33,107 nucleotides of DNA from positions 1-33,107 of the forward strand of contig JACPTD010000037.1 in assembly GCA_016192955.1 (NCBI GenBank), in the 5' to 3' direction. A program made the translations under genes and the position numbers. Numbering within the stretch: position 1 is the first letter of the stretch; every line of letters begins with the position of its first letter. Positions 27,879 through 33,107 of this stretch are shown here, piece by piece. This DNA comes from Candidatus Woesearchaeota archaeon. GTDB taxonomy: Archaea > Nanobdellota > Nanobdellia > Woesearchaeales > GW2011-AR4. The notes under the pieces are model-generated. The model saw only the letters and a list, made by a program, of their open reading frames with translations. It did not search any database and had not been told where the DNA came from.

Positions 27879-29074
27879 AAATCAAATCCATAAAATCCCA
27901 GATTACGATGCTTATGATTGTCGGCTTAGTCCTGTTCACTATTATAAGTTTTGTGTTTTATATCTCAAAATCAACGGTTAAAAAACAAAGCCAGCAAAAC
28001 ATGAAAAAGCTGCAGGAAACTGCAATAGATGCGCAGCCAATAAAAGAATTTGTAGTAAAATGCATTGACAAGCTCTCAAAGGACGCAGTTGTTTTAATCG
28101 GCAAACAAGGGGGCTACACATATTCAAGCCAAGGCGGCACATTAGTGGACTACAGCGCTACTGATGAAGGCTTGTTTTTTGTCAAATACCACAATTTCAA
28201 TGTGGCGTACAACATACTGCCTCCAAGATTTGCTGCACAGCCTTATTTTTCGGAAATTCCCGACTATCCGTGGCCAACTTTTCCTTATAGTGCACCAACC
28301 TCTAATTCAGCCTCTAACACACAAATGTTTGAAGGGTTTTTCGGCATAAATAACATGCCTCCATTAAATTCCTCCCATGGCCCGAACTCAATACAAGAGC
28401 AGATTGGAGCATTTATTGACAAAAACATGGGCAAGTGCCTTGACTTTAATATTTTTGAAAAGCAAGGCATGGGCATAGAAATGAAATCACCAAAAACATC
28501 TGTAAGCATAAACAGCGGCAGCATTTCTGTCAGGTCAAAAATCCCGCTGGCTATATCCAACCAAGCGACAAATGAGCTTACAGAATTGACTGACTTTTCA
28601 GCAAATCTGGACATAAGGCTCGGAGACATTTATTTTTTTGCCAAGGAGCTTATTGAAAATGACATTAAAAATATAAAATTTGACATAGGCGATGCAGCCA
28701 ATAACCGGGATTTTGTGAGCATAAGAGTTGTTGAAAATGCAAAATCCAAAGACGACATAATCATAGTAACTGACGACAAATCCTTAATTTACGGTGCGCC
28801 ATTTGAGTATATATTCGCCAGGCGAAACAGGGCGCCAGCACTGCATTACATCAGAAGGGACACTTTAAGCTTTCAGCATAACCGCCAGATAACCCAAAAT
28901 GATCTGCTGCAGGGCGCGGAATTAAAAGCAGACGACCCTGATGAGGACAGATATACATTCAAAATAACTCCAGAGCTGCCAAAAACACTGAACATACCGC
29001 AAATCAGGTTTAAAGTTGAGGTCAGCGACGGAAGCCTTTCGGATTACCAAATCATAAATGTTAACAGGATATGA
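27875..29074 (+). CDS. Class III signal peptide (type IV pilin-like) protein
   Basis: MKIKSIKS|QITMLMIVGLVLFTIISFVFYI. C-terminal NRAP...ADDPDED...VSDG Ig/cadherin-like segment. ATGA overlap with the upstream gene. Confidence 0.8.
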   Translation: MKIKSIKSQITMLMIVGLVLFTIISFVFYISKSTVKKQSQQNMKKLQETAIDAQPIKEFVVKCIDKLSKDAVVLIGKQGGYTYSSQGGTLVDYSATDEGLFFVKYHNFNVAYNILPPRFAAQPYFSEIPDYPWPTFPYSAPTSNSASNTQMFEGFFGINNMPPLNSSHGPNSIQEQIGAFIDKNMGKCLDFNIFEKQGMGIEMKSPKTSVSINSGSISVRSKIPLAISNQATNELTELTDFSANLDIRLGDIYFFAKELIENDIKNIKFDIGDAANNRDFVSIRVVENAKSKDDIIIVTDDKSLIYGAPFEYIFARRNRAPALHYIRRDTLSFQHNRQITQNDLLQGAELKADDPDEDRYTFKITPELPKTLNIPQIRFKVEVSDGSLSDYQIINVNRI

Positions 29075-32000
29075 CAAGCATAAAAAAAGAGGCGATATTT
29101 GCATTATTTTTGACACTTATCGCAGTTAACTCCATAAATGCCTTAGCCGACGAGCTCGGATGCTGCAGCAACACAGGCTCAGGCCTTTTGGCGTGCTCTG
29201 CAGACAGATTAATCTATAGGGATGCGGAATGCTGCCCAAGCCCTGAAACAAATTTCCCAAATTATTACAGGTCAGAGCAAAATGTCAATGCGCCTGCAAA
29301 TGCAAATGAATGCAAAACAAGCTTCTTTTTCACAAACAGGGAATGCTCAAGCGTGGCAGCATGCGCCTTAGGCTGCTGCTGCTCTGAATTGGGAGGAACC
29401 ATCAAGCCAGAAGCGCAGTGCAGCGGCACCGGCTCGACATTTTACAGGGGGCAGACAAACTGCAACTCGGTTTGCCAAGCTCCTGAATGCAATGACAACA
29501 TAGACAATGACAATAACGGATGCGCTGATTTTGAGAACGGCGACTTAGGGTGCGCAAGCCCTGCTGATGCAGATGAATCAGGCGGAAGCTGCGCCAGCCA
29601 GGGGGCAGGATGCAACAACCCAAACTACGCGCCTAAACTGAGCAACCTTCAGATAACGCCTTTAAAAGGCCAGAGGAAATTCTTATTAAGATGGCAGGAC
29701 GAATGCGGCCAGACAGCATCATCTTACAACATTTTAAGATGCAAAAACACAGGATGCACTAATTTTGAGCTTGCAGGAACTACAAATACAAACTCGTTTG
29801 AAGACGCTTCGCAAGAGCTGGAGTTTGATGTTACATACACCTATCAGATCAAGGCAAGATACATCCTGCAAACAGCATTGCCAACAATAACAAAAACAGC
29901 TACGCTGGGCAACATCCAATGCTTAGGCAGGATGTCTTCAGACAATTTTTGCATACACGAGCTAAACAAAGCATATTCCTGCGACGCATCCAACAAGCTT
30001 GTTCCAGAAGGGACATCCTGCTCGTCAAATCAAATCTGCATAATCAGCAACAATAATCCATCATGCATAAGCAAGGTTAACTGCAATTATAACAATGCCA
30101 ACCCATTTGGATTATTCTACACAATTGAAGGCTGCGAAAACGGAAGATACTGCTTCTACGACAGGTCAGCATCAATAGTGAATTCCTGCTTTAGCTGCAA
30201 CCCGTCAATGTCGTGTTATGATTATAAGACAGAAGAGTCATGCACAAGGGACAATTGCAGGATTGGCAGCTGCAGATGGAAGAACCTTGCAAACCAGCTT
30301 GGAACAGGGGTATGCGCAGGCACAAAAGAATATAACTGCCAATGGTGCACAAGCAAGGGCACAAGCTCCTCGGAGAATTTAAGGGCATTTAACGAGGTTT
30401 TTGATTTCTGCACAAAGGAAAAGTCAAATGCGCTGTCAGAAGCGGCATTCAAGTGCTATTTCCGCGACGGAACTTCAAAAAATTGCGATCAGGTCGTTTG
30501 CAGGGACTACAAGCCAGAGGAATGCCCAGCAGCTTTGATAAGCCACGATGAAAACAACAAAATAAATAGTCCTTCATCAGATGACTGCGGCATAAAAGTA
30601 TGCCAGAAAATTAATAATGAATGCGTCAAAAATTCAGACGGCGACAGCTCAGCAGACTGCGCAACTGCATTGTGCGAGAGCGATTACTTCGCCCCAAATG
30701 CAACCCTTATCCCAATAATAAACAGGGGACTAGTAGACAAGCTAATTGTGCAAATATACGACAAAACAAGCAGTAACAGCTCATTTATATTAAAAACATC
30801 TTCAGATTACTCCACATTCTTGTGCGTGGAGCCCTGCGGCTTGCAAGGACATCCATATTCCGTTTCAACACCAAGCAGGACAATGATAGTAAGCAATCTT
30901 AACATTTTTGACGGCGGCAACGGAAACAGGCTCTTAACCCTGAATGAGGGAGCAAATATCATAAGGTACTATTCCCAGGATCCGGCTAAAAACATAGGAG
31001 AAGTCAGAAAGGCGGCAATAGAAGCCCACAGCAGAGTGGATGGCCCAAAGATTTTCTCAATAAACATAAGCGGGGCATCAAGTCAGCAAGGGAAGTTCTA
31101 CACAAGCAACCAAAAGCCAACAATTGAAATTGAATTTTTCGAGCCTGCTATAGTGACCTTTTCAAGGATTATAAGCAGGGACGGAACCAGGCTGGCAAGC
31201 CTTCAGGCCAGCAGCCAGACAAATAAAAAGTTCAGCTTTGCAATTGAGCAGCCTTTGCCCCTTGGAGAATACATATTTGAGCTACACGCCAAGAATAACG
31301 ACAACATTTTCATGAACCCACCTTTGTCCCAGCCAATAGTTATTGATAACAACATGCCAACTTTAAGCATAGTGCCTTTAAACGGAACTGTAATCAACAA
31401 TACGCAAGTTGTAATCAGCCTCACGTTTGACAAGGAAGCAAACCTTGACACAGTAAAATTAAATTCAGAGGACATAAAGGGGCTATTCTCAACATCAGAC
31501 AACAAAATTTTCACATCAACAACAAGCCTTCAGGACGGGAACAAGCAGCTTGAGGTGACAGCAAGGGATTTTGCAGGCAACCAGGTAACTGGCTCTGCAT
31601 CATTCATTGTTGACGCAAACCCGACCACTATAAATCTTATAAGCCCGAGATTCGGGACATCGCCTAATTTTATTTTTGATGTTTTAGTTGAGACTGACAA
31701 CAACGCAGAATGCAGGCTCAGCATTGACAACAACTTTGAGTTCGAGTTTATGGACAGGTTCGCAACCACAGGCGCAACATCGCATACCATAACAAATTTC
31801 AACAAAATAGCGTTAGGAGACACAAATACCCACAAGCTGAATGTAAGATGCCGGGCTCAGAGAGGGTTCTCATTTGCTTCCTTTGATATAAGCGTTGATC
31901 CAACACCGCCGCAGCTAAAAAATGCGTTTGCATTCCCTAACCCGATTGTTGAAAAGCCGTCAGCAACAAAACTAACTGTGGAATCAAATGAGCCGGTCAT

Positions 32001-33107
32001 ATGCAAGTACAGCAGCGCTTCAAGAAATTTTGAAAGCATGGAAGGGAAATTTGAGGGATTTGACAATGGCACCTTTAAAATCATAAATAAGCATGAAATA
32101 ATACTGGAAAACGAGGGCAACTTTTTGTATTTTATAGCCTGCAAAAACAAGGCAGAGCTGAATTCAGAGACAAAAGACATTCCCTTTAGGGTTGATTTGA
32201 CGATTCCAATATCAATCATCTCACACACGCCTGAATTTTTCAGCTCAACAAACGCAGTGCTCGCTGTTGAAACAAACAAGAAATCCCAATGCAAATTTTC
32301 TGAAACTGACAGCACAGCCCAGAATGGGGAAATATTCGGCGGGGCAGGATACAGCCACACAAGACAAATGGCATTGGCTCCGGGAAAGCATACCTTTTAC
32401 ATAGTATGCAAAGACCAATTTCTGCAGAGATTTTCCGATGTTGCGCCTGTGACATTTACCATAGATGTCACTCCTCCGATAATCCTGTCGGTTGATGACA
32501 GCAGCACGCTTGCAGGCAATCCGGAATTCACATGGAGCACAGATACTTTGAGAGTAAAGTGGAACAGCATAGAAAACGAATCAAGGATAAGCTCGCATTT
32601 GTATTCTGTTATAGAATCTGGAACATCAAGAATTGTACTGAACTCAACCCAAAGCCTGCTGAATAATGAATGGGTGATTGCAACAAAGGCAAACGGCACC
32701 AGCTTGGGGCTGCTCAATGGCAACAGGTACTTCTTCAGGCTCAAGGCGCAAAACGTGGCAGGATTGTCCAGCAACATAAGCGAGAGTGACGGAATAACAA
32801 TTGACACAGCGCTTAAGCCGGTAAACTGCACAAACGGCATAAAAGACGAAAAGGAAACCGATATAGACTGCGGCTCCGGATGCGATTTATGCGTGACAGG
32901 AAAGAAATGCGCCATCAACACCGACTGCAGGACAAATTTCTGCAATAACGGAATATGCTCCGCTCCAAAATGCGATGATAATGTCAGGAACCAGGAAGAG
33001 AGCGATGCAGACTGCGGCGGCCCATGCAAAAAGTGCCAGGACAACCAGGTTTGCGGCAACAATAATGACTGTGAAAGCGGATTCTGCAGCTTTGGATTCT
33101 GCAAGCC
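29071..33107 (+). CDS. Very large multidomain Cys-rich surface protein (>1345 aa, 3' end outside the window)
   Basis: Not in the ORF track. ATG29071 overlaps the previous stop (ATGA). Hand translation of most of the frame showed no stop: signal peptide, CNDNIDNDNNGCAD motif, FN3-like and Ig-like domains (YYSQDPAKN, TARDFAGN), terminal ETDIDCG/ESDADCGG repeats. Confidence 0.9.
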   Translation, partial: MTSIKKEAIFALFLTLIAVNSINALADELGCCSNTGSGLLACSADRLIYRDAECCPSPETNFPNYYRSEQNVNAPANANECKTSFFFTNRECSSVAACALGCCCSELGGTIKPEAQCSGTGSTFYRGQTNCNSVCQAPECNDNIDNDNNGCADFENGDLGCASPADADESGGSCASQGAGCNNPNYAPKLSNLQITPLKGQRKFLLRWQDECGQTASSYNILRCKNTGCTNFELAGTTNTNSFEDASQELEFDVTYTYQIKARYILQTALPTITKTATLGNIQCLGRMSSDNFCIHELNKAYSCDASNKLVPEGTSCSSNQICIISNNNPSCISKVNCNYNNANPFGLFYTIEGCENGRYCFYDRSASIVNSCFSCNPSMSCYDYKTEESCTRDNCRIGSCRWKNLANQLGTGVCAGTKEYNCQWCTSKGTSSSENLRAFNEVFDFCTKEKSNALSEAAFKCYFRDGTSKNCDQVVCRDYKPEECPAALISHDENNKINSPSSDDCGIKVCQKINNECVKNSDGDSSADCATALCESDYFAPNATLIPIINRGLVDKLIVQIYDKTSSNSSFILKTSSDYSTFLCVEPCGLQGHPYSVSTPSRTMIVSNLNIFDGGNGNRLLTLNEGANIIRYYSQDPAKNIGEVRKAAIEAHSRVDGPKIFSINISGASSQQGKFYTSNQKPTIEIEFFEPAIVTFSRIISRDGTRLASLQASSQTNKKFSFAIEQPLPLGEYIFELHAKNNDNIFMNPPLSQPIVIDNNMPTLSIVPLNGTVINNTQVVISLTFDKEANLDTVKLNSEDIKGLFSTSDNKIFTSTTSLQDGNKQLEVTARDFAGNQVTGSASFIVDANPTTINLISPRFGTSPNFIFDVLVETDNNAECRLSIDNNFEFEFMDRFATTGATSHTITNFNKIALGDTNTHKLNVRCRAQRGFSFASFDISVDPTPPQLKNAFAFPNPIVEKPSATKLTVESNEPVICKYSSASRNFESMEGKFEGFDNGTFKIINKHEIILENEGNFLYFIACKNKAELNSETKDIPFRVDLTIPISIISHTPEFFSSTNAVLAVETNKKSQCKFSETDSTAQNGEIFGGAGYSHTRQMALAPGKHTFYIVCKDQFLQRFSDVAPVTFTIDVTPPIILSVDDSSTLAGNPEFTWSTDTLRVKWNSIENESRISSHLYSVIESGTSRIVLNSTQSLLNNEWVIATKANGTSLGLLNGNRYFFRLKAQNVAGLSSNISESDGITIDTALKPVNCTNGIKDEKETDIDCGSGCDLCVTGKKCAINTDCRTNFCNNGICSAPKCDDNVRNQEESDADCGGPCKKCQDNQVCGNNNDCESGFCSFGFCK

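Noticed and set aside
29402..33104. Minus-strand ORFs including 32397-33104 (235 aa) and 31857-32360
   Set aside because: Antisense shadows of the giant plus-strand gene.
1..33107. CRISPR array, tRNA, rRNA, integrase/transposase, DGR
   Set aside because: By eye I found no spaced direct-repeat array, cloverleaf, rRNA-like tract, recombinase motif or reverse transcriptase. No covariance search was run.

Overview
Most of the window (about 1010-33107) is an archaeal chromosome segment, most consistent with a DPANN archaeon such as Woesearchaeota. The support is archaeal information-processing genes, a split transketolase, TATA-box and apparently leaderless promoters, and class III signal peptides. 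It holds a replication cluster: a probable oriC with two inverted ORB elements, cdc6/orc1, PolD DP1 and DP2, aIF2-beta, an RPA32-like gene, an MCM carrying a 531-aa LAGLIDADG+HTH intein, and TBP. Further along are a DUF4143 AAA ATPase, a broken Rpp30, a speD/membrane-speE/acyltransferase operon, and a translationally coupled operon of large Cys-rich surface and pilin-like proteins whose last gene (>1345 aa, missing from the ORF track) runs off the end. The most unusual structure is a single orphan gene (12703-13311) enclosed by a perfect 62-bp inverted repeat, with no transposase or target duplication visible: a candidate mobile or invertible gene cassette. A 12-bp motif sits at identical spacing from the TATA box upstream of both MCM and a free-standing LAGLIDADG endonuclease, whose leader can fold over its own RBS. 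The first ~1 kb (a YcbK/M15 peptidase and a REP-like hairpin) looks bacterial and may be a chimeric join. DP2 and Rpp30 carry lesions that may be assembly artefacts. All family assignments are by motif recognition only; no searches were run.
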